This document shows, piece after piece, positions 48,164-58,204 of a DNA stretch of 64,000 nucleotides. Positions within the stretch are counted from its first letter, which is position 1. Every line of letters begins with the position of its first letter. Source of the stretch: Myxococcota bacterium (GTDB lineage: Bacteria; Myxococcota_A; UBA9160; UBA4427); NCBI GenBank assembly GCA_965250285.1, contig OZ252299.1:1024001-1088000 (forward strand), given 5' to 3'. The notes beneath the pieces are model-generated. The model was not told the DNA's origin. It ran no database searches and worked only from the letters and a program-made list of their open reading frames with translations. Position numbers and translations under genes: made by a program.

Positions 48164-48326
48164 GGTGCTCCCTTCGAGTACGGCCGCCGTGCAGCGATGT
48201 TCGCGGCGAGGCGCTGCCCAGGGCGAGACGATATGGTCGGGCGCGCTCGCCCGCACCCCGGTCGAGCCCGTCCCGATCGAACTCGCCGGCGCATCGCATC
48301 GCGGCGTTCCGGCGCACGGAGGTGGC

Positions 48327-48779
48327 ATGCCCCCTGGCGCAGCCCTGTACGTCCTGCTCGCAATCCTGACCGGCGCGCTCGGCGCGATCCACGTGCCGAT
48401 CAACGGTGCGCTGGGTGCGCGGATCCAGTCGACGGCCGTCGCGACGTTCACTTTCTACGGCGTCGCGTTCCTGCTGATCGCGAGCTTCACCTTGCTCACG
48501 AGTGAACGACAGAGTCTGCGCGAACTCGCGGGCGTCCCGACCTGGCTCTACGTCGTGCCCGGGTTGATCAGCGTCATCGTCGTCGCGGCGGGCACCTTCT
48601 TGATGCCCCGACTCGGCGCCGTCAACGTCTTCGTGATCACGGTCTTCGCGCAGACCGCCGTGCGACTCGTGATCTCGCACTACGGCTGGCTGGCGTCGCC
48701 CGTCGACCCGATCAGCGCCCAGAAGCTGGCGGGCGCTGCGATGGTGGCGATCGGCGCCGTCCTCGTGGTCCGGTCATAG
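48327..48779 (+). CDS. DMT superfamily transporter (YdcZ-like)
   Basis: INGALG, PTWLYVVPGL, PRLGA, QTAVRLVISHYGWL. Five hydrophobic helices. Confidence 0.85.
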   Translation: MPPGAALYVLLAILTGALGAIHVPINGALGARIQSTAVATFTFYGVAFLLIASFTLLTSERQSLRELAGVPTWLYVVPGLISVIVVAAGTFLMPRLGAVNVFVITVFAQTAVRLVISHYGWLASPVDPISAQKLAGAAMVAIGAVLVVRS

Positions 48780-48897
48780 CGCACCGAAGCGGGTGCGCTG
48801 CGCCGTCGCCTGCACTCGGTCGAAGCGATATGGTCGGGCGCTTAGCGATGCGCCACTTCGAGCGCGCGCTGCACGCCGAACGCGTGAGGAAGCGAGC

Positions 48898-50100
48898 ATG
48901 ACCCCCGACTGGGGCTTCGCCCGAGAGATCGAGCCGATCGATGGTCGCGTCGCGATCGTCGGTGTCGGAGAGGCCGATCAGACGAAGGCGTCGGGGCGCA
49001 GCTCGCACGCGATTGCCGCGCAGGCGGTCGAGCGGGCCCTCGACGACGCCGGCTTGCGGCCCGATGAGGTCGATGGCCTCATGTTCTCGGCGGGCGTCGG
49101 CGGTCAGTTCGATGCCGAGGCCTACCACGCACACTTCGGCACGCGTCACGATCTGTGGGTCTCGAAGAACGGCGGCGCCATGACGTGGGCGGCGACGGCA
49201 CCCGAGCAGGCGGCGCGGGCCATCGCAGCGGGCAAGGCGAGCGTCATCGTCAACGTGTTCTCGGTGTCGTGGGCCAGCAACAAGAGCAGCGGACAGGGCG
49301 AGGGGCCCGGCACCTTTCACGCGGCAGAGCGTTTCAAGGCCAGCTTCGAGCTGCCCTACGGTTGGTTCCCCCAGCCGGTCTACTTCGCGACGATCGCGCG
49401 CCGACACATGTTCGAATACGGCACGAAGCCCGAACACCTGGGCGCCATCGCCGTGAGCGCGCGCCGCCACGCGAACGGCCACCCGGGCGCGGTGATGCAC
49501 GACAAGTCGCTCACCCTCGACGACTACCTCGGCCGACCGATGCTCGTCGATCCGCTGCGCACGGAGGACTGCTGCCTCGTGAGCGATGGCGGCGCGGCGT
49601 TCGTGATGACGAGCCCCGAGCGCGCGCGCGATCTGCGGCAGAAACCCTGTCGTGTGCTCGGCATGGGTGAGGGCCACTCGGGCGCCGGGCTCTACTGGAG
49701 CCAGCAGGGCGACTTCACGGCGACGCCGCAGGTCTTCTCGGCCCCGGCGGCCTTCGAGATGGCCGGCATCGAGCCCAGTGACGTCGACGTGCTCACGCTG
49801 TACGACCCCTTCACGATCGTCGCGCTCATGCAGATCGAGGACATGGGCTTCTGTGAGAAGGGCGAGGGCGGTGCGTTCGCCGCGAGTGGCGCCCTCGACT
49901 TCGACGCCGGCCGACTGCCGTACAACACCCACGGCGGCTTGCTCAGCCACGCCTACGTGCTCGGCATCGCCCACGTCGTCGAGGTGGTGCGGCAGCTGCG
50001 CGGCGAGGCCCACAACCAGGTGCCCGGTGCACGGCTCGGTGTGTACGGCGGCTACACCGGGGCGATGGCAAGTACCCTGGTGCTGGGGGTCGACGCGTGA
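48898..50100 (+). CDS. Thiolase-like (SCP-x/Ltp type) protein
   Basis: VAIVGVGE, DCCLVSDGGAAFV, LYDPFT, NTHGGLLS. Confidence 0.88.
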   Translation: MTPDWGFAREIEPIDGRVAIVGVGEADQTKASGRSSHAIAAQAVERALDDAGLRPDEVDGLMFSAGVGGQFDAEAYHAHFGTRHDLWVSKNGGAMTWAATAPEQAARAIAAGKASVIVNVFSVSWASNKSSGQGEGPGTFHAAERFKASFELPYGWFPQPVYFATIARRHMFEYGTKPEHLGAIAVSARRHANGHPGAVMHDKSLTLDDYLGRPMLVDPLRTEDCCLVSDGGAAFVMTSPERARDLRQKPCRVLGMGEGHSGAGLYWSQQGDFTATPQVFSAPAAFEMAGIEPSDVDVLTLYDPFTIVALMQIEDMGFCEKGEGGAFAASGALDFDAGRLPYNTHGGLLSHAYVLGIAHVVEVVRQLRGEAHNQVPGARLGVYGGYTGAMASTLVLGVDA

Positions 50101-50522
50101 GCGCCGTACCGTTGCCTGACCTCGATTGGCACGTGATCGCGCCGTTCTGGGCCGCGGCGGCTCGGCATGAGCTCGTGTTTCCGGGTTGTACCGGCTGTGG
50201 ACGCCTCGTCTGGTATCCGGCCGACGAGTGTCCGCGCTGCGACACGCCCGCGCCGCAGTGGACGCCAGTCTCCGGGCGCGGGTCGCTCTTCTCGTGGACC
50301 GTCGTCGAGCGGGCGCTCTACAAGCCCTTTCGCGACCGCGCGCCGTACGTAACGGGGCTCGTCGAGATCGAGGAAGACCCGGCCGTCCGCTTCGTGACGA
50401 CCATCGTCGACGTGCCGTTCGATGCGCTCGAAATGGGGATGCCGCTCGTGGTGCGTTGGGGCGACCTGCACTTCGCCGGCGACGAGCGACGGGTGCAGGC
50501 GCCGTTCTTCACCGCCGCCTGA
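50097..50522 (+). CDS. DUF35 Zn-ribbon/OB-fold protein
   Basis: PFWAAA, CTGC...CPRC, SGRGSLFSWTVV. GTGA-coupled to the thiolase. Confidence 0.9.
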   Translation: MSAVPLPDLDWHVIAPFWAAAARHELVFPGCTGCGRLVWYPADECPRCDTPAPQWTPVSGRGSLFSWTVVERALYKPFRDRAPYVTGLVEIEEDPAVRFVTTIVDVPFDALEMGMPLVVRWGDLHFAGDERRVQAPFFTAA

Positions 50523-50555
50523 GAACCACGGCCCGTGGCCTGCCGTCGCCCCGCG

Positions 50556-51752
50556 TCACCACTGCACCGGCAAGGCGTCGAGCCCGTCGATCAGGGCCGA
50601 TGGCGTGGGCACGGCTTCGGCGCCATCGGCCAGATGGATCCCCGGTAGGCGCTCGAGGATGCGCGCGAGCACCGTGCGGATCTCCATCCGCGCGAGGTTC
50701 GCGCCGAGGCAGTGGTGCGGGCCGAAGCCGAAGGCCAGGTGCTCGCCAGCCGTGCGGTCGACTCGGAAGGCGTGGGGATCGTCGAACACGTCGGGATCGC
50801 GGTTCGCGGCTGCGTAGACCATGACGACCGATTCACCTGCTCGAATCGGTTGATCGCCGAGGGTCGTGTCGCGCAGGGCGACCCGTCGCATCGCTCGCAC
50901 GGGCGACGTCCAGCGCAGGATCTCCTCGGTGGCCGTGGGCCAGAGCGTGGGGTCGGCGACGAGCCGCGCGCGTTCGTCCGGCTCTTGAAACAGCGTCGAC
51001 ATCCCCTGGCTGATCGCGTTGCGGGTCGTCTCGTTGCCGGCGACGAGCAGGAACAAGGCAAAGTCGCGCACCTCGTCGCCTTCGAGTCGGTGGATCGTCT
51101 CACCGTCGTCGATCACCCCTGCGTCGGCGGCTTCGATGATGCGGCTCAACACGTCGTCCTCGGGGCGCTTGCGACGGCGCTCGACCTGCTCGGAGAGGTA
51201 GCCCATGAAGTCGGCCATCATCGTGGCCATCTCGGCGACCGCGTCGTTCTCGGCGTGCCCGCCCCCGGCGAGGACGAGCGCGTCGCTCCACTGCCTGAAC
51301 TGGTCGAGGTCGCCGTCGGCGACGCCGAGCATGTCGGCGATGATGCGCATCGGTACGGGTGAGGCGAGGTCCCCGACGAACTCGGCCTGCCGCTTGTCGA
51401 TCACGGCATCGATCGCTTCGTCGGTGTAGCGCAGGGCGCGCTCCTCCATCTGTCGCACCAGCCTCGGTGTGAAGGCGCGGCTGACCACGTTGCGGTGCCG
51501 AATGTGCCGAGCGCCGTCCATGGCCTGCATCGAGAAGTGGTACTCGAAGACGTGCCAGGGCCCCTTGGGCTCGGAAGAGAACAGGTCGGGCCGCTTCGAC
51601 ACCTCGCGGACGTCGGCGTGCCGTGTGAGCAACCACCACTCGTTCTCGGGATCCCAGTGCACTGCGTCGTCCCGGCGCAGGGTAGCGAGCGCGGCGTCGC
51701 GCTCTTCGAGCGAGGGGTGGAAGGGCGCCATCACGTCGTAGGCGGCGGTCAT
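50556..51752 (-). CDS. Cytochrome P450 (CYP125/142-like)
   Basis: AGNETTRN I-helix, EILR (ExxR), ANRDP, FGFGPHHCLG heme motif. Confidence 0.93.
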   Translation of the reverse strand: MTAAYDVMAPFHPSLEERDAALATLRRDDAVHWDPENEWWLLTRHADVREVSKRPDLFSSEPKGPWHVFEYHFSMQAMDGARHIRHRNVVSRAFTPRLVRQMEERALRYTDEAIDAVIDKRQAEFVGDLASPVPMRIIADMLGVADGDLDQFRQWSDALVLAGGGHAENDAVAEMATMMADFMGYLSEQVERRRKRPEDDVLSRIIEAADAGVIDDGETIHRLEGDEVRDFALFLLVAGNETTRNAISQGMSTLFQEPDERARLVADPTLWPTATEEILRWTSPVRAMRRVALRDTTLGDQPIRAGESVVMVYAAANRDPDVFDDPHAFRVDRTAGEHLAFGFGPHHCLGANLARMEIRTVLARILERLPGIHLADGAEAVPTPSALIDGLDALPVQW

Positions 51753-51826
51753 CGAAGCTCCTCCATGAAGGGGAAGCATATCGACTTCGCGGACGCGGCG
51801 AGGACCACGGTCGGTGCGCCCGCGTG

Positions 51827-53113
51827 CTAGTCGCGGCTGCGCAGGGCCGGCCCGTCGAGCGAGCCCCCCGGCTGGTAGGGTGCCTCGAGGCCGGCGCTCG
51901 CGATCTTGACCGGGCGCTCGCTGTAGAAGTCGTTGCGCGGAAAGGCGAGCACCCGCTCGTAGGCGGCGACGGCAGCCGCTCGATCGCCCACGACGTCGAG
52001 CACGTTGCCCCGCACGACCCAGAGCCAGGTGCGTCCCCACGCGGGCAGCCGCGGGTCGTCGTCGCGCATGTCGAAGACGATCTCGCGCGCCTGCTCTTCG
52101 TTCCCGAGGTCGAGCGCCGCGCGCGCCCGCCAGATGCGGGCGAGCATGGCGCGACCGGTCACGCCGTCCGATTCGCCGAGGCGCCCTTCGAGGGCGAGCG
52201 CCTCATCGGTCAGCCGGTCGTAGCGCCCGGCGTGCAGCAGCACCTCGAGCAGCTCGAAGTGCAGGATCGCGTTCTCGGGGTAGGCGGTGTGCAGCTGATC
52301 CGCGAGGCGGAGCGCGGTCTGAACGTCGGTGGGGTCGTGATAGTTGTTGATCGCGACGAGCACCATCGTGGCCGAGGGCGAGTAGACGCTCGGGCCGTGG
52401 TGGACTTCTTCGAGCAGGGAGAGCCCTTTGTCGCGGTCGCCCTTCGGCACGAACCACAGCCAGCTGAGCGACTGCACGAAGTCGGGCATCATGCTCGAGA
52501 AGTAGTAGTAGAGGCCCAGCGGGTAGCGGGCCTGGGCATGATCGGGGTCGACCGAGAGCAGCCGCTCGAGCTCCTTGCGTCCGCGCTCGCCCGTCGAGCC
52601 CGCCTTCACGTAGCTGCCGCTCATCGCTTCGAGCCGCGCTTGTTGCATCAGCGTCTCGCCGAGCAGCCAGCGGGCGCGCTGGTCGTCTTCGTCGATCTCG
52701 AGCGCGGCCTCCGCCAGCGCCCGCGACTGGTCGAGCACACGACGCAGGGCATCCTGGGTCAGCTGCTGGCTCTCGTCGTACCAGTGCCGCCAGTAGAGGG
52801 TGTCGACCCGGCGCAGCCAGGGCTCGGCGTCGGCCGGGTCCATCGCTTCGAGCCGATCCCACACCGCATCGGCTTCGTCGTGTCGGCCGCGCATGTCGGC
52901 GTCCATGCCGGCATGGACCAGCCGATTCCAAGCATCGCGTTGCGACGCGGTTGCATCGGGGGAGGGCAGCGAAACCGGCGGGTGGGTGGCGGCTTCGGCT
53001 TCACCCGCCGATGCGGCGTTCGACGAGCCGAGGCCCAGGGCGAAGAGGATCACCGCCCAGAGCGCTCCCGAGCGCAGGGCGGCGTGCCGCGTCCTGCCTG
53101 CGGGTTCGATCAT
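51827..53113 (-). CDS. Exported TPR-like helical repeat protein
   Basis: Signal peptide, repeated TPR-like helices (ARWLLGE, ARYPLGLY, RGNVLDVVGDRAAAVAAYERVL). Confidence 0.7.
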   Translation of the reverse strand: MIEPAGRTRHAALRSGALWAVILFALGLGSSNAASAGEAEAATHPPVSLPSPDATASQRDAWNRLVHAGMDADMRGRHDEADAVWDRLEAMDPADAEPWLRRVDTLYWRHWYDESQQLTQDALRRVLDQSRALAEAALEIDEDDQRARWLLGETLMQQARLEAMSGSYVKAGSTGERGRKELERLLSVDPDHAQARYPLGLYYYFSSMMPDFVQSLSWLWFVPKGDRDKGLSLLEEVHHGPSVYSPSATMVLVAINNYHDPTDVQTALRLADQLHTAYPENAILHFELLEVLLHAGRYDRLTDEALALEGRLGESDGVTGRAMLARIWRARAALDLGNEEQAREIVFDMRDDDPRLPAWGRTWLWVVRGNVLDVVGDRAAAVAAYERVLAFPRNDFYSERPVKIASAGLEAPYQPGGSLDGPALRSRD

Positions 53114-53173
53114 CTCGACTCCTCCGTGCCGCACCGAACGCCCGTCCATCGGAGCCTGATCGGCCCGATGAGG

Positions 53174-55000
53174 TTACGCGATTTGTCGCGTCGACGGCGA
53201 GAGGGACGCGAGATGTCGCTCGACTTCGTCGCGGTCGAGTCGGCCTGACCGCAGCGCGAGCGCGGGCCGAAGCCGAAGCAGGTGAAAGCAGAGCACGGTG
53301 AACGCGAAGCCCGTCACCACGACGGCGATGACGATCCCGGGCCCCGGTTCGGTCGCCACATCGACCACGCCCGCGATCGCCGCGGCGCCGGCGACGCAGA
53401 CGACGGCCAGCGATGCAGACGCGCAGATCAAGACGTCGCGCAGCGGCCGGCTCGGCCCACCGACAAGCCAGCGCCGCAGCTCGCCGGTCGAGAAGTGATC
53501 GAGGAACCAGCCGGTGGCTTCGGCGTCACCCTGCGCGCTCGGGGGCGCGAGCGGTCGTCCGGTGAGCGGGTCGTCGATCGTCCGGCCATCGGCGTGCGCC
53601 GCGATGCCCTTTCGAATCGCCTCGTGGGCACGCTCGCTGATCGGGTATCGAGTGAGGATCAACAGGGCAACGACGTAGAAGAGTGCCGGGAAGAGACCGA
53701 CGAGGAACCGGATGGTGAAGGTCACCTCTTCGGTCTGCACCACGTTCGGCTGGTATCCGACCCAGCCGAGGATCGCGAGGGGAATCGAGCTGCCGGGGAT
53801 GGCGACGAACTTGGGCACGATCGCCCAGAACGACCCGAACTGGGCCTCGCGTCGTTTGCCGGTCAGGAGCTCGTCGTAGTCGATGGTGTCGGCTGCCATC
53901 GCCGGCATGAGCACGTTGCCCACCTGGCTCTGGGTGCCGGTCAGAAAGAAGAGGAACACCGCGAACGTGAGGTCGCCCGGGCCGATGAAGAAGAAGAGCA
54001 CGCTGCCCGAGATGCCGATCGTTGCGGCCGAGACGAATGCGCCGAGCTTGCCGATGCGCCGGGACAGCGCCATCCACGCGGGAATGCAGACGAGCCCCGT
54101 CGCCATGTAGGTGACGAGCAGGATCGTCAGCCAGAGCTGCGCGTCGCCCGGCTGCAGCACGTACTCGACGAGGTAGGGCAACAGGATCGCCGGGATCGCG
54201 GCTGGAATCGCGTTCGCGAGCCCGGCGAGGAAGAGAATGCGAAACGGTCGATTGCGCAGCGCCCGACGCACGCCCGGCACGAGTGGGTTCGACGTGCGGT
54301 TCGCGAACTCGGGTCGCTCGGGCACCTTCCACACGAGTAGCCCGTACAGAGCGACGAGCAGCGCCGCGACGACGATCGCGATCCACGAGAACGCGCGCCG
54401 ATCGCTGCCTTCGCCCATCCAGTCGATCACGAGGGCCGGTGCGGCCGCGGCGCCGATCGTGCCGAGGGCGATGAAGAAGGCCTGCCAGCCGAAGAGGCTC
54501 GAGCGCTCGTGGTAGTCGAGCGAGATCTCCGCCCCCAGCGCGCCATGGGGGATCTGGTAGACGGTGTGGAAGAGAAAGTAGAGCGCGAAGCTCGCGCCGA
54601 ACCAGCCCGCTGCAGCCGGTCCTGCGAGCGACTCGGGCGGTGTGAAGAGCGCGACGACCGAGAGCGCGGTGAGCGGTACGCCGACCGCGATCCACGGCTT
54701 GCGGCGGCCCCAGCGCGTGTGTGTGCGGTCGGTGATCCAGCCCATCAACGGATCGGTGAGTGCATCGAGCGAGCGCGCGGCCGCGATCGCGAGGGCGATC
54801 AAGCCGATCGGCGCGAGGATCACGTCGCTGTAGAACTTGGGCATGTGGATGGCGATCGGGATCGCCATCGCCGCGCCGGCGAAGGCGGGCGCGCCGTAGA
54901 AGATCTTCGTCGACGTGCCGAGCTTCGCGCCCGCCGCAGTCGCTTCGGTCTCGGAGGACGAATTCGATTCGAGCGGGGGATCCGCGGGCTGGACGGGCAC
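53174..55000 (-). CDS. MFS transporter, GPH (glycoside-pentoside-hexuronide) family
   Basis: DALTDPLMGWITDRT.TRWGRRKPW, EISLDYHER, ADTIDYDE..TGKRREA. Confidence 0.9.
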   Translation of the reverse strand: MPVQPADPPLESNSSSETEATAAGAKLGTSTKIFYGAPAFAGAAMAIPIAIHMPKFYSDVILAPIGLIALAIAAARSLDALTDPLMGWITDRTHTRWGRRKPWIAVGVPLTALSVVALFTPPESLAGPAAAGWFGASFALYFLFHTVYQIPHGALGAEISLDYHERSSLFGWQAFFIALGTIGAAAAPALVIDWMGEGSDRRAFSWIAIVVAALLVALYGLLVWKVPERPEFANRTSNPLVPGVRRALRNRPFRILFLAGLANAIPAAIPAILLPYLVEYVLQPGDAQLWLTILLVTYMATGLVCIPAWMALSRRIGKLGAFVSAATIGISGSVLFFFIGPGDLTFAVFLFFLTGTQSQVGNVLMPAMAADTIDYDELLTGKRREAQFGSFWAIVPKFVAIPGSSIPLAILGWVGYQPNVVQTEEVTFTIRFLVGLFPALFYVVALLILTRYPISERAHEAIRKGIAAHADGRTIDDPLTGRPLAPPSAQGDAEATGWFLDHFSTGELRRWLVGGPSRPLRDVLICASASLAVVCVAGAAAIAGVVDVATEPGPGIVIAVVVTGFAFTVLCFHLLRLRPALALRSGRLDRDEVERHLASLSPSTRQIA

Positions 55001-55169
55001 GGATCTCTCCGATGAGCTGAGTACGGCCGGGGGCGCGCGCCGGCGGGGGCGCGACGCTAGCAGGTTTGCCGTCGTCGCCTGGCGCTGGTGGTTTCGTCGT
55101 CGCGGCGACGGTTTCGGTTCGCGAACGACGCTCGATCGGTCCCGGCTCGAGCGTGTGTATCCTCTGGCC

Positions 55170-56312
55170 ATGGCTCTCACTGCGGCTCAGCTTCGCGCGC
55201 CCCTCGGCTTTGCGCGGCCCGAGCACGTGTTGCCCGACGCCGAGCGGCCCGGGTTGCTGCGGGCGCGCACGCTGCCGATGGACACCGCGGCCGACGAGGC
55301 GTACGACTACCGGCTCTGCGTTCTGAACGACTGCACGCATGCCGAGTCGGCCCAGCCGCGACTCGAGTCGGCCGGCTGCGAGACGGTCGATCTGTCGTCG
55401 ATCGCGGCGCTGCAGCGCGCGATCGAATCGCTGCGCGTCGAAGATCGCGTGACCGAGTCATCGGCCCAGGCGATTCGCGACAGCCTGACCGGTGCGTATC
55501 TCGAGCTGAACGATGGCAAGCGCCTGCGCATCGAGCACGTCGCCGATGAAGGCTTGATCCATCGTCGCGCGGGTCCGAACGGCCTCGATGTGAACCCGGG
55601 TGGGGTCGAAGGCGCGAACGGGCACGGCGGTGCGGCGGCGGTCCACGGCGACCAGGACGTGTTCGGCACTCCGCTCGCGCAGATGATGAACGGAGGCGCG
55701 CCCGAGCTCTTCCGGCACCGCTCTCCCGATGCGTGCAACGAGACGTCGCCGCTGTTCCTGCTGAATCTGTGGATCCCGATTCAGCAGATCACACGCCCGC
55801 TGGTGCTCATGGATCGACGCACACTCGATCAGGCGAAGCATCAGCTCCGCTATGGCCTGCCCGTGACGCGCTTCCTCGATCGCGACGAGGCCAGCAGCGT
55901 GAACGACATCTGGAAGTTCCTGCCGCACCCCGACCAGGTGTGGTTCTACCGATCGACGATGGGGCCCGGTGAGGGGTGGCTCTTCGATACCCTCGGCGCG
56001 CCCCACGGCGCCTGCGTCCTGCCGGGTGAAGACGCGATCGAGTCGCTCTTTCGTCTGCTCGGCGACGCCCTCGATGCGCACACGGCTGCTGACGCCCGCG
56101 CCCTCTCTGGGATCGCCCGCGCCGAGCCGCCGTCGCTGTCCGACTCGACCCCGGCGCCGGTGCGCGCGGCGTGGCAGCGCATGACGGCCCTGCTGCGCGA
56201 GGCGAACGCGCCGGGCGATGCCTGGCGAGTGCGCGTGATCGATGCGAGGGACGCGGTCGTGCGCAAGTCGGTCGAGATGCGGCTCGTCGCCACGCTGATC
56301 CAGTCCGACTGA
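55170..56312 (+). CDS. Hypothetical protein, CmcJ/NvfI(AsaB)-like oxidoreductase features
   Basis: VHGDQ (HxD), LLNLWIPI...PLVLMD, WFYRSTM..GEGWLFD...PHGA. Confidence 0.55.
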   Translation: MALTAAQLRAPLGFARPEHVLPDAERPGLLRARTLPMDTAADEAYDYRLCVLNDCTHAESAQPRLESAGCETVDLSSIAALQRAIESLRVEDRVTESSAQAIRDSLTGAYLELNDGKRLRIEHVADEGLIHRRAGPNGLDVNPGGVEGANGHGGAAAVHGDQDVFGTPLAQMMNGGAPELFRHRSPDACNETSPLFLLNLWIPIQQITRPLVLMDRRTLDQAKHQLRYGLPVTRFLDRDEASSVNDIWKFLPHPDQVWFYRSTMGPGEGWLFDTLGAPHGACVLPGEDAIESLFRLLGDALDAHTAADARALSGIARAEPPSLSDSTPAPVRAAWQRMTALLREANAPGDAWRVRVIDARDAVVRKSVEMRLVATLIQSD

Positions 56313-56500
56313 CGTCGCCAGGCCCGTGCGTCGAGATCGCTTCGCGGGGAGAGGCGCCCGGCATCCCGTCGGCGCATCGGCTTCCACGCTCAGCAAAGTC
56401 TTGATACGCTGGGCCGACCCCGGGCCGCTCATTCGTCGACTGCATCGTGCGCGCCGGGGCCTCAAACGGCCGCCGACCTCGGCGGAAGAGGAGCGCGCCC

Positions 56501-58114
56501 GTGGAAGCCACCTTTGCGAACGTCTGGGAGGGCATCGCCGAAGCGCAGCCCGATGCCCCCGCGATCACCATCGGTGACGCCTGCCGCACGTGGGGTGACT
56601 GGGAAGATCGCGCTGCGCGGCTGGCCGGCGCCTTCGAAGCCGCCGGCCTCGGGCCCGACTCGAAGGTCGGTCTCTACCTCTACAACGGCATCGAGTACTG
56701 CGAGGCGCAGTTCGCCGCATTCAAGGGGCGCGGCGTCCCGATCAACATCAACTACCGCTACCTCGACGACGAGCTGCTCTATCTGCTCGAGAACTCTGAC
56801 AGCGAGGCGCTCGTGTTTCACGGCAGCCTCGGTGACCGGGTGGCGAAGGTGATCGAGCGCAGCCGGGGGACGAAGCTCTGGCTGCAGGTCGACGACGGCG
56901 GGCATTCCCTCGTGCCCGGTGCGCAGTGGTACGAAGACGTGATCGCCGCCCACGACCCGGCGGCGCCGATTCGGCGCTCCGAGGAAGACGTCTACATGCT
57001 CTACACCGGCGGCACGACCGGCATGCCGAAGGGCGTGATGTACGACATGGGCGGCATGGTGCGCTCGTTTCTGACGTTGGCGCTACCGGTCATGGGGCTC
57101 GCCCCGCCCGACGATCTCGAGACCCTCGTCCCTTCCCTCATGGCTGCCAAGGCCGAGGGCAAGCTCAGCGTCAGCGTGCCCGCCTGTCCGATGATGCACG
57201 GCACCGGCGGCTGGATCGGCACGATGATGCCTCACTGTGCCGGGGCCGAGGTCGCGTGCCTCGAGGGGCGATCGTTCGATGCGCATGAACTCTGGCAGGT
57301 CGCCCAACGACGTCGCGCCACACAGCTCGTGATCGTGGGGGATGCCTTTGCCAAGCCGATGATCACCGCGCTCGATGAGGCGAAGACGCGCGGCGAGACG
57401 TATGACACGTCTTCGGTTCGGCTCATCATCTCGTCGGGTGTCATGTGGAGCGCCGAGGTGAAGCAGGGGCTGCTCGACCGCGGCGGTTTCACGCTCTTCG
57501 ATGCAATGGGCTCGAGTGAGGGGTCGATGGGCAATCAGGTCTCGGGCCCGGGCATGCCACCTTCGACCGCGAAGTTCGCGATGTCGCCCACCACCAAGGT
57601 CTTCAACGAGGCCGGTGAAGAGGTGAAGCCAGGGAGCGGTGAGCGAGGTCTCGTCGCGGCGGGCGGCAACGTACCGACCGGCTACTACAAGGATGCGACG
57701 AAGTCGGCCGCGACGTTCAAGACGATCGATGGTGTGCGGTACTCGTTCCCCGGTGATTGGGCCACCGTCGAAGAGGACGGCACGATCACGCTGCTGGGTC
57801 GCGGCTCGCAGTGCATCAACACGGCAGGCGAGAAGGTCTTCCCTGAAGAAGTCGAGGAGGCGGTCAAGCAGCACCCCGACGTGGTCGACTGCCTGGTCGT
57901 CGGGGTCGACGACGAGAAGTTCGGTCAGCGCGTGACCGCCGTCGCGTCCCTTGCACCGGGTGCGGCTGCCGACGAGGAGGTGCTGCGCGGATTCGTGCGC
58001 GAGCGCCTCTCGGCGTACAAAGTGCCCAAGCAGGTCTTCCTGGTCGATCACGTGCAGCGCGCGCCGAATGGCAAAGCCGACTACGGCTGGGCGCGCGAGG
58101 TCGCGGGCGGATAG
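56501..58114 (+). CDS. Acyl-CoA synthetase (FadD19-like)
   Basis: YTGGTTGMPKGV, NINYRY, GSSE, GRGSQCINTAGEKVFPEEVE, PNGKADY. Confidence 0.92.
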   Translation: MEATFANVWEGIAEAQPDAPAITIGDACRTWGDWEDRAARLAGAFEAAGLGPDSKVGLYLYNGIEYCEAQFAAFKGRGVPININYRYLDDELLYLLENSDSEALVFHGSLGDRVAKVIERSRGTKLWLQVDDGGHSLVPGAQWYEDVIAAHDPAAPIRRSEEDVYMLYTGGTTGMPKGVMYDMGGMVRSFLTLALPVMGLAPPDDLETLVPSLMAAKAEGKLSVSVPACPMMHGTGGWIGTMMPHCAGAEVACLEGRSFDAHELWQVAQRRRATQLVIVGDAFAKPMITALDEAKTRGETYDTSSVRLIISSGVMWSAEVKQGLLDRGGFTLFDAMGSSEGSMGNQVSGPGMPPSTAKFAMSPTTKVFNEAGEEVKPGSGERGLVAAGGNVPTGYYKDATKSAATFKTIDGVRYSFPGDWATVEEDGTITLLGRGSQCINTAGEKVFPEEVEEAVKQHPDVVDCLVVGVDDEKFGQRVTAVASLAPGAAADEEVLRGFVRERLSAYKVPKQVFLVDHVQRAPNGKADYGWAREVAGG

Positions 58115-58115
58115 G

Positions 58116-58204
58116 CTGCGCCGGCCGGGTCGTGTCGCGCTCGCACTCGCAACGAACCTGCGCCCGCCGGGTCGTGCCGCTCTAGCCCTCGCGACGAACC
58201 TGCG
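58116..58204. repeat. Imperfect 42-bp tandem duplication
   Basis: ctgcgccggccgggtcgtgtcgcgctcgcactcgcaacgaac (58116-58157) versus ctgcgcccgccgggtcgtgccgctctagccctcgcgacgaac (58158-58199), then ctgcg. Confidence 0.8.
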
